Shown here: one piece after another, positions 13,601-25,367 of the stretch
Layout of the letters: each line of letters opens with the position of its first letter
Position numbering within the stretch: position 1 is the first letter of the stretch
Assembly: GCA_951804945.1 (NCBI GenBank)
Contig: OX638152.1
Span: forward strand, 72,602,001-72,666,000
DNA from: Podarcis cretensis
Lineage: Eukaryota
Reading direction: 5' to 3'
Length of the DNA stretch: 64,000 nt
Program-made: the position numbers and the translations under genes
The notes under the pieces: generated by a model
The model's input: only the letters and a program-made list of their open reading frames with translations
The model's database searches: none
Told to the model about the DNA's origin: nothing

Positions 13601-16600
13601 AACCCACAGCGCCACCCGCATCCCATGGCGCCCAAAGTGGGTTGCAACAAATCATTATGACATAACATTAGCATTACAAAATTTAAAATAGTGGTTAAAA
13701 AATAATAGCATCAGTGGCTTAAAACTGTTCTTAAATAGAACATCCATAAAACCACCTGGATCCCCATCCCCCAAGTCTTTAGGATTTCTTAAATGGCCAA
13801 AGAGTGGGGGACTTATGAATTCATCTTGACCATCACAGATATGGGAGATCCCTGATATTCGCCAAGCTTACTGCTTTCATGGGTGAATCACAAAACAGTG
13901 CCTTGGATATCAGTCTTAAAGCTTGGGCAGTTATATATATATGAACTTATTTATGTCAAGAGCCTGCACATCCTCTTTATCAATATGTGTGTTCTTTCAT
14001 TATTCATGCTGGGCTCTAGGTTTTTAAAAATGCGTTTAACAGCTGATCTCCACTCTGACGTTCTCCACACTGAACTATGATGAATTCTAATTATCTTTCT
14101 CTTCTATTACTTCTTCTTTGGCAGGTGGAAAAGGTATGGGAGGCTGGGAAGGAGGAATCCGTGTGCCTGGAATAGTTCGGTGGCCAGGGATAGTCCCTGC
14201 TGGCAGTGTTATTGATGAACCAATAAGTCTTATGGATATTTTCCCCACAGTGGCTCACTTGGCTGGGGCATCCATCCCACAAGACAGGTACAGAATACCG
14301 GTCTGAAAGTAGATCAAGGCGATTTGGATTTTAGCCATTAAAATTTGCAAAAATGAATATATAATCCATAGCATCATCCATTTGCTTGGCTTCCTGACAT
14401 GTTTTAATCCGGAAACATCTTAAGTGATTTCATCTACAGGTATTCTGTAAAGATTGCATTTTAAAAATATGCTGGCCTGTTAAATTCAAATGGATTTCTC
14501 CATATAAGGGCAAACGCCTGTTGAATCATAGAATTGTAGAGTTGAAAGGATCATCTAGTCCAACCCCCTGCAATGCTGGAATATTATTCCACATCATGTG
14601 CTTTTTTATTTTCCCAACAGCATTTAATATTTTAGGATTCCCCTCCCCTTTTCTCCATTTCAAATGGGCTCAAGCCCATGACCTTGAGATTAAGAATCTT
14701 ATGTTCTACCAACTGAGCTATCCCAGACTTTGTAAAATACAAAATCAAATGTAAATCTTTCTATTACAAGACCACGTATTTAAATAGAAGGCAGGGGGCT
14801 TTCTTGGTAGTGGCGCTTACCCTGTGGAACTCCCTCTCGTCAAGGAAATAAACAACTATCTGACTTTTAGAAGACATCTGAAGGCAGCCCTGCTCAGAGA
14901 TGTTTTTAATGTTTGATGTCGTATTGTGTTTAAATTTGTTGGAAGCTGCCCAATAGGTAGGAATTTGGGACATATGGTTGACATCGTTATGCCTGATCAA
15001 TTGCACAATGGACTTCTGCTTGCCTGACTACCTCAGAAGCTCACCACCTCTACTCCAGTGGGTCCACCAACCATCCAGATTGGATTCTGGAGGATGGATA
15101 GAAAGCTGCAGTTGGTAGGAGAAGGGGGCAATACAAGGGGCAAGTGTCTTATGTGAGTGGAAGTTGGCTCATCTGTTGATGAGTATTACCTTATGCATTT
15201 GCCTGACTGAAAACTGTTCATTCAACTAAATGGAAAAATTGTTAGTGCCAAGACTAGCGCAACTCCTAAGGCAGAATAAGGACTCTTACAGGAAATATGG
15301 CGGCACAGAGAAGATCCTGTAAATCCTGTATCCTCTTTCTTTCCACCCTTCCTTCTATCCTGGCACATTTTGCCCTGAACTGTATGTAGTAGTAGAGGGC
15401 CAGGCTCAGGGTGGCTAACAAGACCACATATTTAAATAGAAGGCAGGGGGCTTTCTTGGTAGTGTCGCCCACCCTGTGGAACTCCCTCTCGCCAAGGAAA
15501 TAAACAACTATCTGACTTTTAGAAGACACCAAATATAAATTACAATAAAACATAATAGAAAAAAAGAAAAAACAGTTACTTAAAATACGGCTGAAAATAC
15601 AGCTGAAAATGCAACCTCATTCTAATAGTAGCCCATAAATCAAGGACATAAAGGAAGGAAACATCAGATATTCACCTGAGCCAGCTATCCATGCTGGTCC
15701 TACATGGGCCAGCAAAAAAGCCAAGGGAAAATTTATATACCAAATCCCATACAAAGGGTCAGACTGAGTCCAAGCCAAAGGCCAGGCGGAACAGCTCCAT
15801 CTTGCAGGCCCTGTGGAAAGATGTTAAATCCCGCAGGGCCCTGGTCTCTTGTGACAGAGCGTTCCACCAAGTCAGGGCCAGTGCTGAAAAGGCCCTGACT
15901 CTAGTTGAGACCAATCTAACCTCCTTGAGACTCAGGACCTCCAAAGTGTTGTTATTTATGGACCTTAAAGTCCTCCACGGGGCATACCAGGAGAGGCAGT
16001 TCCTTAGGTATGAGCTAAAGAATCAGTCATCGGCCTATGCTGTACAGTACTACTTTACTAAATGTATTATTACTTTTCTTAGGGTGATTGATGGAAGGAA
16101 CCAGATAGCTTTGCTACAGGGAGCGGTGCAGCACTCAGAGCATGAATTCATGTTTCACTACTGTGGGTCGTACTTGCATGCGGTGCGCTGGTACCAGAAA
16201 GAGAGTGAGTAGAAAATATTCTCCTTATATCAGGTATTGGGTCACTGAAATAAAATGCGTAGCTCATGATTCAGTGTGGCATCTTGACACCAACTTGCTT
16301 GCTTCTCAGACTGTGTGCACACCATACATTTAAAGTGCATCATGGGAACTGTAGTTTATTAAGATGCTGGAGATTTTTGCTCTGTGAAGGGTAAACTACA
16401 GTTCCCAAGATTCTTTGGGGGCAAGCCATGCAGTTTAAATGTGCTCTAAATGTATGGTGTGTCCACACAACTGCACTCAAAGCTATAGGTTGTGCTGTAT
16501 GGATTTCACTATTAGAAACATGAGGATTTGGTACTGGGTAGCCTATTATCCATTTCTGGATCGAGTATCCATTTCTGTCTATTATGACTGCTAGGTTGAG

Positions 16601-17223
16601 ATTGAAAACATTTTGGAAATGCTTGGTGAAATCTCAAAAGCTGGAATGGATTCTACCTGTGAGTTGCCAATAGCAAGCTCACACACTCGCTAACCTGTAT
16701 CAGAGCATTGAGTATCTTCACGCACTAACCACAATGTACACAAAATAATGTGCGAGACATTCTATATCTGTGTATATCCATTCTCTATGAACTGACTGTC
16801 TGGGGGGGTCACAAAGGGGGCAAAACAATGTTTCTCTCCTGAAGTCTTTCTCAAAAGTTGAGTCAGGTGACATGTTGAGTCAGCCACAGTTGGCCATGGG
16901 GAACCAACAACATTACTTGCTAATGTTATTTGCCTGCAGGCTGGTGAGTAAGATATGCACACTTCTCTGAAGGAAGCTCCATTGAACAGGGTGGGATTTT
17001 CATATGATTAAACATGCACAGCAGTAAGGGTTGAGCACTGATGACAAGAATACAACAATTTTGTGCCTGATGGATCTTGTCTGTTTTGAAGGAGTTGGGT
17101 TTGATAATTTTGACGGGTTTCTTTCAGCAGTACAGGTCTGGAATTCAACAAAATTAAGAAATCAATAGTACCAAGCTTAATCTTTGTACCAAACTAGAGA
17201 ATATCAAACAAATAAATAAATAG

Positions 17224-17254
<31 letters not shown>

Positions 17255-20200
17255 CTTCTTCTTCTTCTTCTTCTTCTTCTGGAAGTGTGCATCATTCAGC
17301 ATCCTTCTTTTCACCAGTTTGTTGGAATATATGGTAACTAGATGCTGAATATGTGTATTATAAGATATTCCACTAGAGGGCAAAGATATCCAAGCTTTCT
17401 TTGAACAAACATGTATTTTATTCTTTCCTTTTCCAATGCTTATTTTTCTGAAAAGTAGCTATCTTCACAGCCACAGAATTGCGAAGTGCTTTTGATGCCA
17501 GATTTTGAAAGTGATTCAGCTGCAGGTATTATAACCCCCATATGCAAAAACACAGTGTTTTCAGAAAGGGTGGAAATTCTTTTACACAAGTGCAAAAATG
17601 TAGTTGAATGCTTAGTTGAATACCACCCTTAATCTTTACTCTTCTTTTTTCAAGTCACTGATTTTTTTAAAAAAATATTCTAATCAGACCATTAGGTGCT
17701 GTGTGATTTTTTTAAAAAATTATATTTGTATTTCTTACCTATTGTAATTTATTGCAGTTTGCATGCCACAGAAATCAAATTGTAATACAATAAAATGCAT
17801 ACAAGATAAGAAATAAAAAGGAAAGCAACAGTTAAAAATCAGTTTGACTCCTTAATGCAACCATACATCCACAGACACACTACAGACCACCTGAGAGAAG
17901 CTTGCAGGCCACTGTTTTAAAGACCCTCTCCTGGAATCAGTGGGCTTTCTTATCTTCCATTCTTAAACTCGATACAATTAATCAGTATAAACACGTTTTT
18001 TAAAAAATATCTATCTTTAATATTGGAGATGAGATTTTTCTATGAGGTAGGCTCAGCCCCTTATAAGGTATCCTGATGCTACAGTTGAACACCTCCCAAA
18101 AATGGCTCCCTCTTCCTGATAGCTGCTCACCAGGGCTATTTTTAGAGCTAACAGTTTTGTGGAGCGGAAAAACAGAATTCCATATCTATCCTGTGGAGAA
18201 GCGTTCTTCCATGGCAACTAGCAATTCATCATTTTTGACAGAGCTGTATGAGGGTAAAGGCTTCTGAAGCAGCTCCAAGTACCTTGTCCTGGAAAATCTT
18301 CTGTTGGAAGAACCAAGTGGTTTAACTATCGTGAACAAATTTGACATCCATTCCAGTGAAAATTCCAAAAAGTGTTTGGAGGACCACATATTCATCAACT
18401 AGAAACTGAATATCTTTAGTTTTTTTTCTCTAAGGTGGTCTCTCTGGAAGGCCTATTATGTGACTCCAAAATTTCACCCGGGGGGGGGTGCTTGTTATGG
18501 AAGAAGACTGTGTCCGTGTTCTGGAGAGCGAGTAATTCACCACAATCCTCCCTTGCTTTTTGACCTCACATCATCCTTCTGAAACCAGTCCTTTTCCACC
18601 AAATTCTGAGCCACTTTTCAACACACTAGAACAGTGAAGTCAAACCGGTCGATCGTGATCTACTGGTCAATCGCGGGCGTTCCTGGTCGATCCTTGTCGA
18701 TCGCGTGATCCCGATAGAGCTCCAATAATAATAATAATGAAGTGATAATGAAGATGCACTTATTTAAACAAATAAATTGTAGACTCCGATGACTTTTATA
18801 GAACTCCCTTCTTACTGGCCTAGTTCATGTGTAATGCTAAGTAATGGTTTGCTTAAAGAACCAAGTTGACTTGAAGATGATCAGACAAAGCCATGGCTTA
18901 TCAGACAAAAACTGAACTAGGTGGACCATTCATCTGATTTGGTATAAGGCAGAATCTTACATTTGTAGCGGAAATAATTCTGCCCATGGTCGTGAATTCT
19001 GCATGTTCCTCTCAATCCAGAAAGAAGTGGTCACATTTTTAAATCATGTACATAATTTAATCATAGTTAAACCCCATTGGAATGGGACTTCAGTGCACCA
19101 AACTATGAACTCAGTTACACCTACAAGCATCAGCTCTAACCTTATAAACAGACCAATCTTCCACACTGCTAATGCGGAGAACTTGGATTTAAGCAGATTA
19201 ATTTTCATTGAGAGCGATGGAGCTAAAGGAGCTTGGTCCTATCTAGGCCGTTTTTTAGCTGTTGACTGAATTGCTAGGCACCTAAAATAAACTACCAGCT
19301 TCCCAGTGTGAAGGTGAGATTATGCAGACCCCTACTGAGCTGAGCTCTTCGGAAATTTACAGGCTGGATACTGCGCCATGTTATAGGGCTTCTTTCCTAC
19401 AGCAATCCATCTAAGTGTTGAAAGAGATAATCCAGAGATGAATTACAAGTTTATTCAACCCATGGCCATTAAGCTACTTTGCATGTAGCATTAAATGAGC
19501 TCTCTGCGGGCTGCTTCAGAGTGTATACCCAATTCTTCCTTTGCAGCCCTGGCATGAATTAAAAAAAGAATTCAGCCCACAGCTGCAAAGGATCAGGAGT
19601 TCATGTATGAGTACATTTCCTCTTCTTTTGAGTTTGATGTCATTACGGACGTCTGATAAGACAGTATGGCATGGGCCAAATGAGGGGGTCTGCCAGGCCT
19701 GATTATTCTAATTAGGCCCATGGACTAGGAGTTCCCCACCACTGCATTGAACTGTGGTTTAAAATAAGCTATAGTTTACAATGAACTAGCATGATGGGAG
19801 GAAACCAACCAGCAGATAGGTTGCCATTATGCACAAACCGGCATCAATGGTTTGTTGATGATGGCAAGCCAAGGTTTGTTTTTCCTAGTATGGTGAAGAA
19901 AAGTACAAGGGAAGGGGGATGCTGTGGGGATATTTGAGCAGTGTGTAAAATGCAACAAAGGATACTCAGTTACTTAGTTCCATGCTGTTCCTTAGATGAG
20001 ACAACTGCATTCTTTCAGTCTAATTCTTTGTTTTTTGAAAAATAGCTTTTTGGTTTAAATTACAAAAAAACCAAAAAACCCACATCATTTCATTACTTTC
20101 CCTTGGTCATGTTAAAGTGCATAGGGCACCCAAAATATATTTTTAAAAGGCTACCACCTTTGCTTCTCTTGTCTGGCTCTCATTGATCATATCCGCAGTG

Positions 20201-21988
20201 TATTACATCTTTTGCAACATTTGTATAGCCCCCACTCTTCCAACGAGGATGAATTTTAGTCATATTTTTTTTTTGCCAGTGCCTAAAAGTTCAAGCAGGC
20301 ACACTTCACATTTGATGTGTTTGTGATTTTTTATTTTTTTTTTAAATCAGTATTGTGTCAGGTACAAAAATTAGCATGTATCACATCAGAGTTGGTGCAA
20401 CAACTCTGGTGCAAGGGAATGTGTGATTAAAACAGCAAAGGCTGCTTTATACTGAAATGTGATATGAAGGCAGAGGGGGTGGAATGGAAAAATTGAAGAA
20501 AAAATGGGTGGGGGATATTCCAATTCTTCTCCTGTCTTCACATCTCTAGTTCATACTACACACACACATTCATTAACAGGATTTACAGAGCACTCAAATG
20601 CTTTTCCCTTAAAAAATCTGCATCTTGTAAATTTCTCCCAATAAAGAACCAGTTCTTACAAGTCACATTGACAATAACATCTACAGATGCTACACACAAT
20701 TCCCAAACTAATTAATATAATGAAAGACAGATATAGAAATCAAGAATATAAAATGTTTATTTCATAATGAACAAAGTTACAAAAATAAAGAAAAAAAGCA
20801 GGATTTCTCTATTTACAAAACCAGAAAGTAAAGAATTACCAAGTAACAAATATGGGTGAGAAACTGCTGATTGTGTTGGCAAAAGCAGTTCCCTCCTGCA
20901 GCAACGGTTATCAAGGAACTCTACTTAGGAAGAGCACAAGTAGTCAGTTTAGGACTTGTCCTTTCCCACTGTGAAACAGGGATGTTCACAGTAAAATACA
21001 GGAAGGGTGCAGAAATCTGTGAAAACTATTCTAATGCATCTCAAATTATAGAATGTTGTATACTTCTTCTTTTTTGCAGTAGTCTCAAGTTGCAGTTATA
21101 GTTAATTAAAATAATCATATTGTCCATTAGTGGCTCATTTAGAAACTTGTAAAGAGAATTATCCAGGCCAAATATAATTTTATAAGGATTTTTATTATGG
21201 CATCCATGTTTGTGGAGTCCACATAATGAGATGAAATCATCTTAGTTCATGCATTTGATGATGGGAACTTGCAACTACTAAGCACCCTTTTCACCTCCAG
21301 TACATTATGAAGCCAACATGCCCTCCTATTCTGCATAGCCTTTGATGTCCCTGGTTTCATTTTCACCCCCATTCCCATGCCTCCTACTCCCTCCTTTTAT
21401 TTTTGCAATTCCCTTTGCACCCTCATTTTCACACTCAACCCTTTCCCCCCACCCCCTTCCTCCTTACTTTTCTTGACTCTCCTTGTACATAGAACAAATC
21501 AACAAAATCTATTTGAATTATTATATTTAAACCGAATCTCCAGAGAACGTCATGTTCCATCACTTTCGCAGTTATTGTATCATGGTGTTTTCGCTTTGCT
21601 TTCCCTTCCAGGTGGTCCAGTATGGAAAGTTCATTACACAACACCAATATTCAACCCCGAAGGCGCAGGAGCCTGTTATGGAAAGGGGCTCTGCCCATGT
21701 TCCGGAGAAGGTGTAACGCATCACGATCCTCCTCTGCTGTTTGATCTCTCAAGAGACCCATCAGAGGCTGTGCCTCTTTCACCGGACATGGAGCCCTTGT
21801 TCCACACAGTCTTAAAGCACATAGGCAGAGCTGTGGAGGAGCATCGCAGGACCCTCACACCTGTCCCACAGCAGCTCTCTTCTGGAAACAATATGTGGAA
21901 ACCATGGCTGCAGCCATGCTGTGGGACCTTCCCATTCTGTTGGTGTGACAATGAAGAAAGTGATACCCATTCATATAAAGTGGGCTAG
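4666..21988 (+). CDS. ARSD: Arylsulfatase D-like, complete 10-exon gene, 591 aa. Exons: 4666-4697, 6818-6958, 7381-7502, 7951-8073, 9099-9522, 12077-12213, 12965-13099, 14125-14287, 16083-16204, 21612-21988
   Basis: All junctions are GT/AG and phase-consistent; total 1776 nt. Signal peptide, then [27 protein letters not shown] (formylglycine motif), GKWH, hydrophobic hairpin in exon 5, LHVH, SDHG, YKGGK and the C-terminal WLQPCCG. The ARSD name comes from its tail-to-tail position next to GYG2, as in human; orthology within ARSD/L/H/F is not certain. Confidence 0.88.
5053..5535 (-). mobile_element. Solo LTR (483 bp) in ARSD-like intron 1
   Basis: TGTGGC...GCCACA termini, 5-bp TSD cccta, and AATAAA on the - strand near 5200. 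Confidence 0.8.
6818..6958 (+). CDS. ARSD: ARSD-like exon 2 (signal peptide + [22 protein letters not shown])
   Basis: tag| ... |gtaagt; metal-binding DD motif. Confidence 0.92.
7381..7502 (+). CDS. ARSD: ARSD-like exon 3 (CTPSR active-site motif)
   Basis: 122 nt; [11 protein letters not shown]...[20 protein letters not shown]. Confidence 0.95.
7951..8073 (+). CDS. ARSD: ARSD-like exon 4
   Basis: 123 nt; [28 protein letters not shown]. Confidence 0.95.
8205..8936 (+). mobile_element. 5'-truncated L1 3' end interrupted by a MITE
   Basis: LFMYATTAA...[12 protein letters not shown]...[15 protein letters not shown] similar to the L1 at 61.7 kb; A-rich tail; 17-bp TSD at 8188-8204 and 8937-8953. 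Confidence 0.85.
8261..8502. mobile_element. Tc1/mariner-type MITE (242 bp)
   Basis: TIR CAGTGGTACCTC, TA TSD; same family and length as 38843-39084. Confidence 0.9.
9099..9522 (+). CDS. ARSD: ARSD-like exon 5 (GKWH, membrane hairpin)
   Basis: 424 nt; GKWHQGMNC...[12 protein letters not shown]...two hydrophobic segments. Confidence 0.95.
9701..10170. mobile_element. hAT-type MITE with a second hAT-type element nested (about 9885-10133)
   Basis: Outer TIR CAGAGCTTT.CAAAC; inner ...GTAGGCAAAC / GTTTGCTGACCCCTG. Confidence 0.7.
11138..11481 (-). mobile_element. Sauria SINE
   Basis: As above; flanking catacata duplication. Confidence 0.9.
12077..12213 (+). CDS. ARSD: ARSD-like exon 6
   Basis: 137 nt; [18 protein letters not shown]...[16 protein letters not shown] (missed by the ORF track). 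Confidence 0.95.
12296..12412. repeat. 40-bp minisatellite, about 3 copies
   Basis: Unit tttgtaacttccttgttgtctttcaactgattgtagcgtt. Confidence 0.95.
12965..13099 (+). CDS. ARSD: ARSD-like exon 7
   Basis: 135 nt; [25 protein letters not shown]...GGWNGIYKG. Confidence 0.95.
13275..13624 (-). mobile_element. Sauria SINE
   Basis: Full length; TSD approximately tggc.cccaaagt. Confidence 0.9.
14125..14287 (+). CDS. ARSD: ARSD-like exon 8
   Basis: 163 nt; [21 protein letters not shown]...MDIFPTV. Confidence 0.95.
15395..16012 (-). mobile_element. L2 3' fragment related to the 53-56.6 kb element
   Basis: Reverse complement matches 56130-56510 ([13 protein letters not shown]...[12 protein letters not shown]). 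Confidence 0.82.
16083..16204 (+). CDS. ARSD: ARSD-like exon 9
   Basis: 122 nt; [13 protein letters not shown]...HEFMFHYCG. Confidence 0.95.
17225..17280. repeat. (CTT)n microsatellite
   Basis: Seen directly. Confidence 0.95.
18435..18631 (+). pseudogene. Decayed copy of an arylsulfatase terminal exon inside the last intron
   Basis: Pyrimidine tract and aag|GTGG acceptor, then [41 protein letters not shown]...PSET...NSEPLFN. At least two frameshifts; truncated by a hAT-like insertion. Confidence 0.88.
18632..18800. mobile_element. hAT-like fragment truncating the arylsulfatase pseudo-exon
   Basis: CAGTG..CAAACC start and repeated GTCGATCG subterminal motifs. The right end is not defined. 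Confidence 0.55.
21612..21988 (+). CDS. ARSD: ARSD-like exon 10 (terminal)
   Basis: 377 nt; [11 protein letters not shown]...[18 protein letters not shown]...TAG. Confidence 0.93.
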
Positions 21989-22383
21989 CAAAAATAATCC
22001 TCTTGCAATGAAACACTGTTCTTAGTACAGACAACACGAGCCAAGACATTCTCAGCTTTCTCTCATAAAGCAGCTGGGGATTGGAAGTGGGAGGTTTTTG
22101 TTGTTGTTGGTTAGTTTCCGTGTTATACCCATATGTGCCACTCTTCCTTATTACTGGCTTGTTTTCTTAAAAACAGCAGCCCCTCAGTGTCTCTCCATCC
22201 CTGCTTTGCTCAAACCTTAATAGAGAAGGAGCAGCTAAAATTATACAGGGAGACCTCCGTTCTCACTGTCTTGGCTTGTGTTGTCTGTACTATACTTAAA
22301 ATTTGGATCAAGGAGCATCAAATGGGCAGAGAAACCCCAGGGCTGCACCAGATCTTTGCAGGATTAGATACAAAGTCTAATTA

Positions 22384-23022
22384 CACTGGGGAACAAAAAA
22401 AAAATTGTTTTCTGTTGCATGAGGTTTTTCAACTGTTCTTATATGTTCTTTCAATGCTGATTTCAAATCTGAAATAGATTTTCGTGTACATGCTATGGTT
22501 ATCTTTCAATTTCCGACTTTTGCCGATATGTCATATTTACACTGGGAATAAGTGGACACTGACACGTTGATCTACCCTAACCACATGGTAAATATTGTTT
22601 TGCAAAGTTAATTTTTGTAGTTTTGTAACCTAAATATTTGTATTTTTCAGATTGGACCATGGCTTCTTCAAGGAGACTGTATCCCAAGGGAATACTTTCT
22701 TTGCATACCTCCAACTGTACATAGATATACATGTCATCTTCAATGCTATACATGTCATCTTCAATGCTATACATGTCAGATTCATTGCTATACAAGTCAC
22801 TTACATTTATACTCATATTGTACTACTTTGGCTATGTGTTTAATAAAATATTGAATTCTTGCATTGTGAAAAACAAAGATTATGGTGAAAAGTGAAAAAC
22901 ATGAATTGCAAAAATAACTAGAGCTTACAGAAGAAAACCAACTTCAGATATGAAATCAGCATGTCAAAATTAGGTTAGAATAACTGCAGGTGTCAATGCA
23001 ACAAAAAATTTGTTCCCCAGTG
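22384..23022. mobile_element. Non-autonomous Chapaev3-like DNA transposon
   Basis: 14-bp TIR CACTGGGGAACAAA, 3-bp TTA TSD, internal 21-bp tandem repeat near 22728-22777. Confidence 0.75.
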
Positions 23023-23352
23023 TTATTCAGCATTCAGCTTCCTAAAATTTAGCAAACTCTTTCCCTAACTGTCCCCAATATATTGAAACTTTCACACAAT
23101 ATTGATAGGTGCATATAAACAGACTGAGTGCCTTCTGTCCTGGGGCTGTCCAAATACATGGGAACATAAGGGCTGCACTTCATGAAGAAGGTTGCAGGTT
23201 CAATTCCTAGTGTCTCCAAGTAGGGCTGGGCATATCTCCATCTAAAACCCTGGAGAACCAGTCAGTTCTAGACAACGCTGAGCTAGATGAACCAAATGTC
23301 TGACTTAGTACAAAGCCTACGTACCTATGTACATCAAGTTCCAAGGCAATTA

Positions 23353-23605
23353 CCGTATTTTTTGCTCTATAAGACTCATTTTTTCCCTCCTAAAAAGGGG
23401 AAATGTGTGTGCGTCTTATGGAGCGAATGCAGGCTGCACAGCTATCCCAGAAGCCAGAACAGCAAGAGGGATTGCTGCTTTCACTGCGCAGCGATCCCTC
23501 TTGCTGTTCTGGCTTCTGAGATTCAGAATTTTTTTTCTTGTTTTCCTCCTCCAAAAACTAGGTGCGTCATGTGGTCTGGTGCATCTTATAGAGCGAAAAA
23601 TACGG
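23353..23605. mobile_element. pogo/Tigger-type MITE
   Basis: TIR CCGTATTTTT.GCTCTATAAGA, TA TSD. Confidence 0.88.
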
Positions 23606-24579
23606 TATAAAGCAGTACAAAAGTCCTATATTAGCACCATTGTAGAAGGTGTTTGATTCCACGTGTCAACCATCTAATAAACTATCCACCTCCTCACCTT
23701 GTAAGCTATGGTAAGCTCTGAAGAAAGATGTACTTCAATTGTTCTCAACAGAAAAAAAATTAAACAGACTTTTAGTTACCCAAGAACCAAAAACAGAAAA
23801 GAAACTTCTTTCCCAAAACACACACATCCCGGTAATTCCTAAAAACAGAAAACTATGGCCATGGTCCATGAAATCATGGAATATACTAAAGATTCCTATA
23901 GGCTCGATGTAGCCCTATTCCGCCGCACATACCCCCCCCACCCAAATTTGCACATATGGGCACTATGCTAGGCCTTAGGAGGAGACCAGCACTTCCAGTT
24001 CCACCCTAGCATCTTGAGGTAATTTATGCTTCAGAGTATGCCCAACTTACAACAAGCAGGATTGGGTGGGGATACAGAAAGTATACAGAGACCGCCTTAG
24101 CAATCTACTGTACTGCTTGAGAGCACACCACAGGTAAATCAGGAGTAGGGAACCAGTGGCTCTCCAGAAGTTGCTATACTACAACACCCATCATTCCTGA
24201 TCATCTGGGGCTGGCTGGGGCTGATGGGATTTTGAGTCCAACAATGTCTGGAGGGCCACTGGTTCCTCAGCCCTGAGGGCAGAGGGAAGGGAGAAAGACA
24301 AGTTTACTGAACACACAGTATGGATGGGTGTTAAAACACAGAGTCCACTGTGTGTACATCAGTCCTGCCTTAGAAGTCTTTGGACTTTTTATTTCCAATA
24401 TTTGTACCTGCCAAACCGAAGAATCAAATAGGATGCCATATTTGGTTCATTAGTATAAAGCCATTTTTCATGCTCTCAGATGAAGGTGAGAATATTTCAT
24501 GAGGCACTATAGATTAGTAATAAAAACAGGGGTTTGTTTTTAGCAGAGTGTACAGCACCCATCTGCATGAGAGAAAGAG

Positions 24580-24665
24580 AAAAGGGGGAGGGGAGGGGAG
24601 GGGGAGGGGAGGGAGAGGGGGAGGGGGAGGGAGGGAGGGAGGGAGGGAGGGAGGGAGGGAGGGAG
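24580..24665. repeat. (GGGA)n purine tract
   Basis: Seen directly. Confidence 0.9.
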
Positions 24666-25205
24666 ATCTAATGGATTCCAAAGTCTTTATCATGCTTATC
24701 TATAGAAGTTGGTCCAAAACAAAAGTAAATAAATCCAAAAGAAAACAACATTGGTCCGACAAAACACACTGAGTTGCAAAAATGAGTGAAGATTAAATAG
24801 CTGCAGTACCAGTAGACTATGCAACTAGGCACTGTGGATTGTCCCACCAAAAACCACACAAGAAATGTAGACGAAAGGCCCCCTGGCATTTTCAGTTAAG
24901 CATTTCTCAAGTAGCTTTACTATACAAGCCTAGAAGATGCTGCCAGGCAGAATAATCAGTACTGGCTAAGCTGACCCAATGTTCTGACTCATGTATGGCA
25001 GTTTTATAAGCCCATTGTATTTCATTCTCTGGAAGCAATGCATACTGTCACAATGCATACACAGGTGCATTTAGCAAGCACAACCATTTTCATGGTGCTA
25101 TTTTTGTTTGCATTCCCCCCTGCAAAACAGAAAGGGCCCTGGAGATTTCACAGATGTTGTAAATTTAAACAGCAGTCAGTCCCTGTAAGCGCATATGAGC
25201 AAGAT

Positions 25206-25367
25206 CTATAATAAAAAGGAATCTAACTTCTTTTTAATGTTTTCAAAAGCATCTTTCCCCAGATAGTCAATGTGGCCTTCCTCCCATTTCCTTCGTTCAT
25301 CTTCTGCACTTAGCACCTCCGGATTTGGCTGAATACATAGCTCTGAAACAGAGCTGGTAACGTCGTC
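25206..25367 (-). CDS. GYG2: GYG2 terminal exon
   Basis: 162 nt; ...[32 protein letters not shown]. Confidence 0.93.
   Translation of the reverse strand, partial: DDVTSSVSELCIQPNPEVLSAEDERRKWEEGHIDYLGKDAFENIKKKLDSFLL

Noticed and set aside
15691-16082. N-terminal extension of the 173-aa ORF before ARSD-like exon 9
   Set aside because: Antisense L2 fragment plus intron; the real exon starts at the acceptor 16081-16082.
17281-17335. ggaagtgtgcatcattcagcat...ttttcac weakly resembles arylsulfatase exon 9 ([13 protein letters not shown]) and lies upstream of the fossil exon 10
   Set aside because: Too short and gapped to distinguish from chance by eye; needs a statistical alignment.
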